From IMG/VR virus record IMGVR_UViG_3300007352_000001, positions 177,427-241,426 of that record: a stretch of 64,000 nucleotides of DNA, one strand, 5' to 3'. The position numbers and the translations under genes are program-made. Positions 53,264 to 61,853 of this stretch are shown here, piece by piece (positions within the stretch are counted from its first letter, which is position 1; every line of letters starts with the position of its first letter). The notes under the pieces are model-generated. The model did not search any database and was not told the DNA's origin. It saw only the letters and a list, made by a program, of their open reading frames with translations.

Positions 53264-53833
53264 ATGAGCGCAACGAGCGAGACGGCGTCCGCCGCTACAA
53301 GCACCGCCGTGCTCTCCCGTGCTTGGAAGACGGCACACAGGTTCCTCGGGCACAGGCCCGCCGACACTGAACGCTGCGCGTTCGTCGACTTCCCGGTCGA
53401 GACCGACTGCGAGTGCTGCAATCGCAAGCCGTGTGGAAGCGTGTCCCTGCGCTTCGAGTTCCGCGACGATGACGGCCGCTGGGTGCGACAGTGGCTCTGT
53501 GGACGGCACCACCGTCTCGCAGGCCGCTGGGCGGACATCGACCAGCTGGAGCATCGCATGTACGATCTCCGCGGTCGGTGGTACGACGACAACAGCTTCC
53601 ACTCCTGGTGGAACGCGTGGAACTTCCTCACCGAGCTGTGGGAGCACTGGGACGAGCGCAACTTCGGCTGGGCGTGGGGCAACGGCTGCGCCGGCACCGG
53701 CCCCCGCAAGAACCACGACGGCTCGGAGTCGCTGCCGTACCGCACCTTCGGCGTCTCGGTCGACATCTGGGACCAGGCCATCGTGTTCGTCTGGAACTTC
53801 CGACTCTTCAGCGGCTACTGCTACTTCTGGTGA
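53264..53833 (+). CDS. Trp-rich hypothetical protein
   Basis: 189 aa; CECC...LCG.H. Confidence 0.6.
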   Translation: MSATSETASAATSTAVLSRAWKTAHRFLGHRPADTERCAFVDFPVETDCECCNRKPCGSVSLRFEFRDDDGRWVRQWLCGRHHRLAGRWADIDQLEHRMYDLRGRWYDDNSFHSWWNAWNFLTELWEHWDERNFGWAWGNGCAGTGPRKNHDGSESLPYRTFGVSVDIWDQAIVFVWNFRLFSGYCYFW

Positions 53834-54110
53834 GAACCGTGGAGGACAGCCGTGTTTGGATTCGACAGCGCCGTGCCGCACCTCGTGCAGTGGTGCGCCG
53901 ATACGCTCCTGCTGTTCGCCTGTCTCATCGCTGCCTTGTTGGTCGTCAGCGACGACCGGCTCGGCGCTTGACAAAACATCACGAACTCTGCCAGTGATTT
54001 GGGCGTAGGTTTCCACCACCACTCTTACTGATCATCTACCGTGGTACCGCGGACGGGTGGTGTGGGATGGTTGGTGGGCCTGCACACCCAGCGCTGGCGA
54101 GACAAGCTGT

Positions 54111-54178
54111 GCCGGCTGGCAAACCCAACCTGCGCCAGATGAGCGCAGGAGCTACGTGCAAGGCGTAGGCCGGCTCCA
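54111..54178 (+). ncRNA. candidate tRNA-like cloverleaf RNA
   Basis: GCCGGC/GCCGGC closing stem, TGG/CCA, CCTGCGC/GCGCAGG (7-nt loop), CTACG/CGTAG (7-nt loop), 3' TCCA. Confidence 0.35.
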
Positions 54179-54239
54179 GTTCACTTTTGACACAAGAACG
54201 GTGGTGTTCTTGTGGCGCTTTCGTTGTGGAGGGGTGGGG

Positions 54240-54734
54240 ATGGTGTGGCTGGCGTACTACTGGGACGGTGACTGGGAACAGTTGGTCTTCATCGGTCTGT
54301 TCACCGAGATCACCAAGGCGTTCGAGGCCGTCGACGCGCACGCGAAGCGGAAGGTGGACTTCCCCGCGGCACCGGCGTCGATGCCGACCGAGTACTCGTG
54401 GGACGGCTACCACGTGCGCTGCTTCGAGATCGACCTCGACTACGCGAACCCGCCGGTAGATCTCGCCGACGTCGTGGGCCGCGCGCTCGCCGATGACGAA
54501 GACAACGCCACGCTGCAGCTGAAGCCAGTCGCGTCGAGCAACATCGCGGCGATCGGCTACAACAAGCTCACCTCCGTGCTGCGCGTGAAGTTCCTGACCG
54601 GCGGCGTCTACGACTACAGCGGCGTCCCGCCCGTAGTGGCCGAGGAGTTCCAAGAGGCGTCCTCAAAGGGCACGTACCTCTCGCGCTTCATCCGGCCCCG
54701 CTACGCGGTGCGCAAGCTCGACGCGGCCGAGTGA
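54240..54734 (+). CDS. KTSC-domain protein
   Basis: C-terminal PVASSNIAAIGY....LRVKF..G.VY.Y..VP....F..ASSKG.Y...I. Confidence 0.85.
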   Translation: MVWLAYYWDGDWEQLVFIGLFTEITKAFEAVDAHAKRKVDFPAAPASMPTEYSWDGYHVRCFEIDLDYANPPVDLADVVGRALADDEDNATLQLKPVASSNIAAIGYNKLTSVLRVKFLTGGVYDYSGVPPVVAEEFQEASSKGTYLSRFIRPRYAVRKLDAAE

Positions 54735-54765
54735 GACTTTCGCGCATCTGAAACACGCGAAAGTC
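54735..54765 (+). repeat. 10-bp inverted repeat (possible terminator or operator)
   Basis: GACTTTCGCG-N11-CGCGAAAGTC between genes. Confidence 0.45.
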
Positions 54766-54781
54766 GCACAGAGAGGCGATC

Positions 54782-55327
54782 ATGGCTTGGACAGCCAACG
54801 AGACGGCAAAGGGGACCAGCGAGTTCACCGACAAGACGCTGGAGTTCGACCAGCTGTTGACCAGCGCCGAGGATCTCGACGCGCTGGTGCAGCCGCCTGG
54901 CGTCGAACCGGCGACGTGGGCGGTACCGCTGGACGAGTTCATCGACGTCACCACGCGCTGGCACGGGTACAACCGCGCCGCCGACGGCGATCAGTTCACG
55001 CTCTCCCGTCAGCTCGCGAAGCGTTTCACGACGCCGCCGATTCCCGACCACGTGCCGGAACGGCCCCCGTGGTGGTGGGGACTCGAACAGATGTTGGAGC
55101 GGTCGCGCTTCAATCGGCAGGAGACCACCGAGGAGTACGTCCGCTTCGTCTTGAACGACATCAGCAAGCCGCGGGCGACCGTCATCGTGTACGCCGACGG
55201 AAGCTGGCACACGATCCTCGGCGGGATGATGCACAAGGGCGCTGACACAATCGAGATGTTCCTGAAGCTCACGCGGTGGTTCCGTCAGTGGGAAACGACC
55301 GCGCGCTCGCTGGCTGAGGAGGCATGA
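54782..55327 (+). CDS. hypothetical protein
   Basis: GAGG SD. Confidence 0.65.
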   Translation: MAWTANETAKGTSEFTDKTLEFDQLLTSAEDLDALVQPPGVEPATWAVPLDEFIDVTTRWHGYNRAADGDQFTLSRQLAKRFTTPPIPDHVPERPPWWWGLEQMLERSRFNRQETTEEYVRFVLNDISKPRATVIVYADGSWHTILGGMMHKGADTIEMFLKLTRWFRQWETTARSLAEEA

Positions 55328-55836
55328 TGGCCGACACGTTCAACATCCTCCAGCACCTGCTCCCGAAGACGCTCACGCGCGCTGAGGTGCAGCGCCTGCG
55401 CAACCGTGCACGCTGTGTGCCGGGCTCGGACGAGGCGACCACACGCGCGTTCGATGCGCTCGTGGAGGCCCTCGATCAGGTCGATGCGGCGCTCGCCCGC
55501 AAGGAGCTGGACGACGAGAAGCTCGTGCGCAAGATCCTGCAGGAGCAGGAGCGGCGCCGCGAGTCGGCGCGCAAGCTGATGGTGGATCATCTGCGGCATC
55601 TCGACGCCGTGGTGAAGAGTCCAGACGAGGTCGAGCCGGTCGAGCGCGCTTTCAAGTCTGGGCGGCAGAAGCTCTTCGGTTCCGAGCTGCTCTCGCGCCA
55701 CGTGCGCGAGACCATCAACGGCGAACAGCCGACCAACTTCGTCCGCCACAACGGCCAGCCGCTGGCCTACAACGCAGGCCTGCACGATCGTCTGGTCGCC
55801 CTGGGCATCCTCCCGGCCGTCGAAGAGACCTGCTGA
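55324..55836 (+). CDS. hypothetical protein
   Basis: GAGGAGG SD, coupled. Confidence 0.65.
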   Translation: MMADTFNILQHLLPKTLTRAEVQRLRNRARCVPGSDEATTRAFDALVEALDQVDAALARKELDDEKLVRKILQEQERRRESARKLMVDHLRHLDAVVKSPDEVEPVERAFKSGRQKLFGSELLSRHVRETINGEQPTNFVRHNGQPLAYNAGLHDRLVALGILPAVEETC

Positions 55837-55892
55837 CGCTCGTGGGAGCGTCGACACTGTACGCCCGCTCGTCGTTGCGGTAGGTTCACCCT

Positions 55893-55966
55893 GCCCCGAT
55901 GGCTCAGTCTGGTAGAGCGGCTGACTTTGGATCAGCAGGTCGCTGGTTCAAATCCAGCTCGGGGTG
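55893..55966 (+). tRNA. tRNA-Gln(UUG)
   Basis: cloverleaf; anticodon arm GCTGA-CTTTGGA-TCAGC; T loop TTCAAAT; G1-U72, G73; no encoded CCA. Confidence 0.85.
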
Positions 55967-55969
55967 CTT

Positions 55970-56042
55970 GGGTCGATAGCTCAAATGGGAGAGCGCCTGT
56001 TTTGCAAGCAGGGGGTTTGGGGTTCAAGTCCCCGTCGATCCA
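55970..56042 (+). tRNA. tRNA-Ala(UGC)
   Basis: CCTGT-TTTGCAA-GCAGG; G3-U70 and A73 Ala identity elements. Confidence 0.9.
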
Positions 56043-56050
56043 CTTCTCGA

Positions 56051-56123
56051 TCCCCGGTAGCTCAGATGGAAGAGCGCTCGCCTACGAAGCGACAGGTCGC
56101 TGGTTCGACTCCAGTCCGGGGAA
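56051..56123 (+). tRNA. tRNA-Arg(ACG)
   Basis: TCGC-CTACGAA-GCGA; TCCCCGG/CCGGGGA acceptor; T loop TTCGACT. Confidence 0.85.
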
Positions 56124-56138
56124 CTGCACACACGATGG

Positions 56139-56213
56139 TCCCCGGTAGCTCAGCCTGGCTAGAGCATGCGCCCGATAAGCGCAGAGTCGTCGGTTCAAAT
56201 CCGACTCGGGGAA
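56139..56213 (+). tRNA. tRNA-Ile(GAU), atypical C33
   Basis: TGCGC-CCGATAA-GCGCA; T loop TTCAAAT. Confidence 0.8.
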
Positions 56214-56217
56214 CTGA

Positions 56218-56304
56218 TGCGGAGTACCCGAGTTGGTAGCAGGGAGCGGCCTGTTAAGCCGTTGGGCGTAAGCCCCGTCGTAGGTTCGAGTCCTACCTCC
56301 GCAG
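56218..56304 (+). tRNA. tRNA-Asn(GUU) with long variable arm
   Basis: TGCGGAG/CTCCGCA acceptor, G73; GCGGC-CTGTTAA-GCCGT; V-arm GGGC-GTAA-GCCC; T loop TTCGAGT. Confidence 0.8.
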
Positions 56305-56639
56305 CCTTTTCTCCTCCTCTGCTTTTCGTAGCTCCTGCACGCGCTTCCACAGGTGCGGGAAGCGCTGCTGTAGGTCAGGTGAGCGTTCGAGGTCCTGGAT
56401 GGCCTCGCGCACGAGGGGCGCGAGCCAGTCGCGGTCTTCAGTCATCATCATCTCCTGAGACCAGTATCTCACGAAGGTTTCCACCGCCGACCCACCAGGC
56501 TGTGGGCACGGTTACGGCGGCGTCTCTGTGCAAGAGGCGCCGCTAGATCTCTCGCTCGTCCACCAGGTGTGGAAGGAGCATCCGGTGGCGTCGTCCGAGC
56601 TATGCTTGGCGGCGCTTCCAGTCAACGTCTGGAGGACGT

Positions 56640-56957
56640 GTGCTCGAAGCGATCGACTACGACGAACTCGACCCCGGCATCCGCGACATCGTGCGGCTGT
56701 GCCGGGAGAACGGCTTCGACACCTGCGACAGCGGCGACGGGGTCTCGAAGCCGAACGTCGGTGTTGAGGACGAGCACGGCGTGATCGAGAACTGGGCCTG
56801 TCCGAACGTGGCGGTCCAAGTCGAGCGCGAGACGTTCTTCACCGAGGCCGATCGCCTCCAGCAGCTGCTCGGCACCGAGTGGCGCATCGAGGCAACCTAC
56901 TGGCCAGACGGCGGCGCGTGCATGCTGCTCGCCGTCAAGGATGGGATGCCTTCATGA
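56640..56957 (+). CDS. conserved hypothetical protein
   Basis: LDPGIR..V..L...GF.TCDSGDG; GGAGG SD. Confidence 0.7.
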   Translation: MLEAIDYDELDPGIRDIVRLCRENGFDTCDSGDGVSKPNVGVEDEHGVIENWACPNVAVQVERETFFTEADRLQQLLGTEWRIEATYWPDGGACMLLAVKDGMPS

Positions 56958-57889
56958 CCAGCGTGCGTGACATTGTCCTTGCCGAGGTCGCTCCTCCGGG
57001 TTTCAAAGGCACCGTGAAGGCGATGAAGCGCAAGCACGGCTTTTCCAACAAGAAGGCCTACGCGCTCGCCTGGTCGATGAAGAACAAGGGCGACCGCTCG
57101 CACTACAAGGCCGACGGCACGCACAAGGAGTCGGTCGACGAGGCCTTTGTCACCCGCGAGCAGCTGCTGCGCGACTTCCCGCCGAACCCAGTGGTACTGC
57201 GTCAGCTTCGTGCAGGGACGTACAACACTGAGGCTGCAGCGGCAGAACGTGATGTGGCCAAGGAACATCAGCTGAACGTCGCCCGGCGCACGCTCAAGAT
57301 GCCGGATGCGATGGCGGGAGTGATGGGCGGCATGACCAAGGACCAGGCGCGACGGATCGTGCAGAACCACGCCGGCAGCTTCGCGGCCCGAGTGCGCGGC
57401 TACCAGGAGACCGACGAGTCGCTGCGCTTGGTGCAGCCCGGCACCACCGGCTGGCGGGACAAGTCCTTCGGCGCCGCGGAGCGCCGCCAGCAGATCCGTG
57501 CGCGGGTACACCAGCAAGGCACGGTCCACGGCGTGCAGTCCGAACGCGTTTTGAAGAAGGCTGCTGCTGCGGTACAACAGGGGCGCATGAAGGAAGATGT
57601 CAACGCGACCTGGAGCCAGCTCGTCGACGAGAAGAAGGACAGTCTCACCGACCCGGTCAAGTACGAGCTGATGTACTCGGGCGGCGGGCACGGCGGGCCG
57701 TACCTCGGCGCACAGGCAGCCTACAAGGGCGCCAAGCGCATGCTGAAGGGCGGCAGCGATCGCGCGGTCACTATCGCGCGCTACGCCAAGCCGGGCGAGC
57801 AGGGCCTCTTCATCCCGCGCTTCACGGTCCGCAAGGACGGCACCTCGTCGTCAATGCGGCCGATGATGGATCCACGGTTCCGCAAGTGA
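56954..57889 (+). CDS. modular basic protein, possible internal head protein
   Basis: VLAE/VAPPGFKGTVKAMK...YALAWSMKNKG; further HKE/S, VDE/A, TDE/S, MKE/D junctions. Confidence 0.7.
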   Translation: MTSVRDIVLAEVAPPGFKGTVKAMKRKHGFSNKKAYALAWSMKNKGDRSHYKADGTHKESVDEAFVTREQLLRDFPPNPVVLRQLRAGTYNTEAAAAERDVAKEHQLNVARRTLKMPDAMAGVMGGMTKDQARRIVQNHAGSFAARVRGYQETDESLRLVQPGTTGWRDKSFGAAERRQQIRARVHQQGTVHGVQSERVLKKAAAAVQQGRMKEDVNATWSQLVDEKKDSLTDPVKYELMYSGGGHGGPYLGAQAAYKGAKRMLKGGSDRAVTIARYAKPGEQGLFIPRFTVRKDGTSSSMRPMMDPRFRK

Positions 57890-57965
57890 ACCGCCTGCTG
57901 GCCGCGCTCGTGCTGGTGCCTGCACACGCCGCGCTCGGCTGGCTCATCGTGACGCTCTTCTGGCC

Positions 57966-58226
57966 ATGATCATCAACCTCACCTGGGCCGAGTTGCTCGA
58001 AGCCGCCCGCCCAGTGGTGCACGCGCACTACCTGCAGATGATGGTCGACAAGTACCCGGTCGACGCCCCGCCGACGCGGATTGCGCAGGACATCCGGCAC
58101 CGGTTCCGCACCCACATGAAGCTGCCAGTGAAGCCCGAGCAGGTGAAGGCGACGGTATCAGCCGCATTGCGCTACCATGCGTATAACCAGCGCACGCACC
58201 GCCAGGTGATGGGAGTGCGGCCGTGA
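57966..58226 (+). CDS. hypothetical protein
   Basis: 86 aa ORF. Confidence 0.55.
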   Translation: MIINLTWAELLEAARPVVHAHYLQMMVDKYPVDAPPTRIAQDIRHRFRTHMKLPVKPEQVKATVSAALRYHAYNQRTHRQVMGVRP

Positions 58227-58304
58227 TCGAGTACGTGTTCCCGCTCACCGTTGTCGCGACCGTGTCGCTCCTGGCCTGGTTCGCCTGCCATCCGGTGGAA
58301 GACG

Positions 58305-58940
58305 ATGACCGCACTCTGTGAGTTGGCCAAGACCTACCGCACCGACAAAGGGCCGTGGGGCTTCGATGGCGACGCCTCGCCGGGCCACGGCTACACGCGC
58401 ACCTACGATGCGCTCTTCCGCTCGATGCGCCATGACGCGATCGTGCTCTTGGAGATCGGCATCGCCAAGGGCGCCTCGCTGCTCATGTGGAGCGAGTACT
58501 TCGCCGAAGGCACGATCCTCGGCCTCGACATCTCGTTGGCCAACGTCGATCGCTCCACGCTCGCCGGCACGCAGGGTGGCGGCTGGGAACAGCTGCCGCG
58601 GCACGCCGACATCCAGCTCTACGAAGGCAGCCAGGACAACACGGCGCTGCTCCGACAGATTGCCGAGGACAACGGTGGCGTGCTCGACATCGTCATCGAC
58701 GACGGCAGTCATCGCGCGGAGCACCAGGTCCAGACCTTCGAGACGCTGTTCCCGTACGTGGCGCCGGGCGGCTACTACGTGATCGAGGACATCGGCCACG
58801 GCGATGCGGTGTCCGGCAGCGTCTTCACGAGCCGGATGCTCGACGCACAGGGGCTCTTCGCCGACGTCGACGAACTGTACTGGGCGATTCGCCAGCGGAC
58901 GAGCCAGTCGGTCATTCTCCGTAAGAAGGCACGCGTATGA
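58305..58940 (+). CDS. class I SAM-dependent O-methyltransferase (MycE/TylE-like)
   Basis: TDK...H.Y...Y, LLEIGI..GASL.MW..YF, GLDI, GSQ, DIVIDDGSH, GGYYVIED. Confidence 0.85.
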   Translation: MTALCELAKTYRTDKGPWGFDGDASPGHGYTRTYDALFRSMRHDAIVLLEIGIAKGASLLMWSEYFAEGTILGLDISLANVDRSTLAGTQGGGWEQLPRHADIQLYEGSQDNTALLRQIAEDNGGVLDIVIDDGSHRAEHQVQTFETLFPYVAPGGYYVIEDIGHGDAVSGSVFTSRMLDAQGLFADVDELYWAIRQRTSQSVILRKKARV

Positions 58941-59530
58941 AGAAGACGCACGAGCGCATGCGTGAGATCGCGTACGGCTGGCACGGCGGGCAGAGTTCGC
59001 CGCTGTACTCGTTCGCGTCGACCGGCAAGATCCACGGCCCCGAGCACCGCCACGGGCTGCTGCGCGAGATCGACAGCTCGCTCAATCATCCCGACAAGCA
59101 CACGCTTTGGGATGCCGGTGAGCTGCGCGAGCTGCAATCACTGCGCAGCCACCTCGCCATTGCCCCAGACAAGCACGGCGCGTTCCCAGCGCGCGAGCAG
59201 CCGGCGATCCAAGCTGGCCGTGTCGGGGCCTGGAGCATCGGCGGCGTGAAGGAAGGGGCTGACGCCTTGCTGAACGGCGCGCCGGTGCGCAAAGTCGTCG
59301 AGACCGTCTCGTTCCGAGAGCCTCGTCGCCGGCCGCGGCAGCCGGCGCGGACCGTCACGTACGGCGATTCGACGTACAAGGTGAAAGGCAAGGTCGAGAT
59401 TCCAGACCTCACCAAGATGGAGCGTATGGACGCGCTCATCTGGCTGAACCGCAACACGCACGCACGGGGCTACTCGAAAGCCAACCCGCTCGCCGGCATC
59501 GGTGGCGTGATCAGCCTCAAGACGCGCTAG
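58937..59530 (+). CDS. modular hypothetical protein
   Basis: WHGGQSSPLYSFASTG; KE/GADALLNGAPVRKVVE/T. Confidence 0.65.
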   Translation: MKKTHERMREIAYGWHGGQSSPLYSFASTGKIHGPEHRHGLLREIDSSLNHPDKHTLWDAGELRELQSLRSHLAIAPDKHGAFPAREQPAIQAGRVGAWSIGGVKEGADALLNGAPVRKVVETVSFREPRRRPRQPARTVTYGDSTYKVKGKVEIPDLTKMERMDALIWLNRNTHARGYSKANPLAGIGGVISLKTR

Positions 59531-60486
59531 ACCGCCAGCGGCGCTGGCATCCAGTTCTGCAATGGGTGCGGCCCCGGCAACTGCACCAGGACTGGGTTCT
59601 CCGGAATCGGCCGCACGCTGGTGCTGGTCTTGTTGGTCTCGTCGGGATGCATGTGATCGACACAGCGCGGTTCGAGTCGATCGTGGGTGCCCTCGATCAC
59701 TCGCAGGAACACGCGCGCGGGGCTCGCACAGTACCCTGATCGTGGAAACGCTCGCTCGCGGCGGATGTCGCCGACGCGCAGGAGCCGGCGCGAGCGGAAG
59801 GTCGGCTCACCACCGATCGCGTCGGCGTGGCCGTAGTAGTACCAACACCGCCACGGATACTCTTGGTTCCAGGTGCGCGCCATGAAGAGTTCCTTCTGCC
59901 CGGTGAACACCGAGCATGAGCCGCCGCACCACGGGCCGAGATGGTCGATGTAGAAGAACATCGGGCTCTGGCAGCGACGCTCGCGACACTTCACCGCTGA
60001 GCGTCTAGCGGTCCACCCTGGCCACAGGCGCCGCGGCATCTGGTAGTCCGTGATCAACGCGGCGATGTCGATGGCGCGATTCCACTTCAGACGCGTTGCC
60101 GCCGGTAGCAGCAAGAGCTGCCCGCGCGCGTAGCCGGTGGCGCAGTACCGACAGAGCGCGTTCTTGGTCAGCTTGTCGATCGCTACGACGTCGGGCCGGC
60201 CGCAGCGCTCGTGCTTCCCCCAGCGCCACACGAGCTGGCAGGCGAGCGGCGTCGGTAGCGACGCGGTGTGCACCGAGCCCAGCGAGTAGAACTCCTCGCT
60301 CCACAGGTCGCGGTCGATGGCGCACGCCTCGCAGAGCGGCCACGCGCACCGCGGATCGTGATCGAGGGTGAGCTTCACGGGTGGGCCGTCGACGATCTCC
60401 GTGAACACGCTCGCTTCGTCGGTGCGGCAACTTCCGCAAACCATGCCCCGGACGTCCGTGATCTGCCCCACATGTTCCATCCGCAT
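59527..60486 (-). CDS. Cys/Trp-rich multi-zinc-finger protein
   Basis: several CxxC and CxxH motifs; GGAG SD; lone inverted gene. Confidence 0.6.
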   Translation of the reverse strand: MRMEHVGQITDVRGMVCGSCRTDEASVFTEIVDGPPVKLTLDHDPRCAWPLCEACAIDRDLWSEEFYSLGSVHTASLPTPLACQLVWRWGKHERCGRPDVVAIDKLTKNALCRYCATGYARGQLLLLPAATRLKWNRAIDIAALITDYQMPRRLWPGWTARRSAVKCRERRCQSPMFFYIDHLGPWCGGSCSVFTGQKELFMARTWNQEYPWRCWYYYGHADAIGGEPTFRSRRLLRVGDIRRERAFPRSGYCASPARVFLRVIEGTHDRLEPRCVDHMHPDETNKTSTSVRPIPENPVLVQLPGPHPLQNWMPAPLAV

Positions 60487-60566
60487 GCTCCATCAAGGGT
60501 ACTTCACCTGGGAATGCCAGAGGTGTGGGCACCGCTGCAACGGTGACCTGCCGACGAAAGAGACCG

Positions 60567-61016
60567 ATGACGGTGAACGACGCGACGATTGACCTGATCA
60601 AAGGCTTCGAGAGCCTGCGGACGCGGGCGTACCAGGACACGGGTGGGGTGTGGACGATCGGCTACGGTCATACCAGCGCCGCCGGCAACCCGAAGGTCTT
60701 CCGCGGCATGGTGGTCTCGCCGGAGTCTGCGCTGCGGATCCTGTACGATGACGTGTCGAAGTTCGCCACGGGCGTCGAGCAGCTGGTCACCGTCACCCTG
60801 AACGAGAACCAGTTCGGGGCGCTCGTCAGCTTCGCGTTCAACGTCGGGCTGGGCGCGTTCAAGGGCTCCTCGGTGTTGAAGCGCGTGAACAGCCGCCAGT
60901 TCGCCGAGGTGCCGGCCCGCTTGAATCTCTGGGTGAAGGACAACGGCAAGGTGCTGAAGGGGCTGGTGCGCCGCCGCAAGGCTGAGGGCGTGCTGTTCCT
61001 GACTCCGGTGGTCTGA
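60567..61016 (+). CDS. GH24 phage lysozyme (endolysin)
   Basis: FESLRTRAYQDTGGVWTIGYGHT (E-x8-D-x5-T); QFGALVSFAFNVG; GLVRRRKAE. Confidence 0.93.
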   Translation: MTVNDATIDLIKGFESLRTRAYQDTGGVWTIGYGHTSAAGNPKVFRGMVVSPESALRILYDDVSKFATGVEQLVTVTLNENQFGALVSFAFNVGLGAFKGSSVLKRVNSRQFAEVPARLNLWVKDNGKVLKGLVRRRKAEGVLFLTPVV

Positions 61017-61028
61017 TAGACGGGCCGC

Positions 61029-61334
61029 ATGGATGTGGTTCATGCGGACGTACCTTTAGAAGGCTGCAAGCACCTTGTCACGCCGTTCCAGTGCATCGCC
61101 TACACCTGCTTCGCGCGCACCACGCACCTCCCACTGGTGGAGCTGGTCACCCCGAAGGGCAAGCAGGTGGTCCACTTCCAGTTCGGCGCCTGCGCGCAGC
61201 ACCTCACCACGGTGCGCCTCGCGCTCAGCGACGCCCCATTCTTGCGGTTCGTCTGCGGGCTGCTCGACGTGCCGGAGGTGGGCAGCCACATCATGCGCGT
61301 CACCTTCGAGCAGGCACCGGTCGGGAGTGCCTGA
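61029..61334 (+). CDS. zinc-binding hypothetical protein
   Basis: C....C......P.......C..H, similar to next gene. Confidence 0.55.
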   Translation: MDVVHADVPLEGCKHLVTPFQCIAYTCFARTTHLPLVELVTPKGKQVVHFQFGACAQHLTTVRLALSDAPFLRFVCGLLDVPEVGSHIMRVTFEQAPVGSA

Positions 61335-61350
61335 CCGAGGAGAGTCGGTC

Positions 61351-61665
61351 ATGGACACGCCAGTGTTGGAACGGCCGCATGTCGAGATCAACCGGGTCTG
61401 CGCCCGACAGCACTGCGGCAACTTCTCGGTCTACCAGCCCGTCCTGAAGATCTTCCACACGACCTCGGCCGAGCCGTACATCCTCTTCATCGGCATGGGC
61501 ATCTGCCTGACGCACCAGCCCGACATCACCACCGACGTGCTCCTCGGCTTGCCCGAGCAGCAGGCGTTCATCCGCAACGTGTTCACCGCGCTGCACCTCG
61601 GCGAGCCCCAGTTCGAGCGCAGCCTGGTGGAGTTCGAGATGCTCGACGCTGAAGGCTCCGCATGA
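61351..61665 (+). CDS. zinc-binding hypothetical protein
   Basis: GAGGAG SD; C....C......P.......C..H. Confidence 0.6.
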   Translation: MDTPVLERPHVEINRVCARQHCGNFSVYQPVLKIFHTTSAEPYILFIGMGICLTHQPDITTDVLLGLPEQQAFIRNVFTALHLGEPQFERSLVEFEMLDAEGSA

Positions 61666-61853
61666 GCTGCTACCGCCACCGGGTCCTGCCCACAGGCGGG
61701 GAGATGCGCGGGATCGGCGACCCGGACGCGCAGCGGTACACACGCCGTCGCCGGCAGCTGTTTCTCCGTCGCTTTATCGACTGGGATCCTGTACATCCGA
61801 AGAAGCGCCAGGACCGGTCCTGGAAGCGCTTCCGAGCGACGAGGTATCGCTGA
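61662..61853 (+). CDS. small basic protein
   Basis: RSWKRFR.T.Y ending seen in small phage proteins; coupled. Confidence 0.55.
   Translation: MSCYRHRVLPTGGEMRGIGDPDAQRYTRRRRQLFLRRFIDWDPVHPKKRQDRSWKRFRATRYR

Noticed and set aside
54117-54170. c-di-GMP-I riboswitch (GGCAAACC) or tRNA-Pyl/tmRNA end (GGTTTCCACCA at 54008)
   Set aside because: There is no GNRA/receptor or downstream GC(A)AAGC element, no matching 5' acceptor strand or T arm, and no CUA anticodon.
55893-55966. tRNA-Pro call for the first tRNA
   Set aside because: The stem GCTGA/TCAGC centres TTG, not TGG, in the 7-nt loop. The weak 1-72 pair and G73 fit Gln.
55927-56546. ORFs over the tRNA cluster
   Set aside because: The region is explained by five tRNA cloverleafs.
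60567-61665. Complete lysis cassette
   Set aside because: The lysozyme is clear, but the adjacent ORFs lack the transmembrane or lipoprotein features of holins or spanins.
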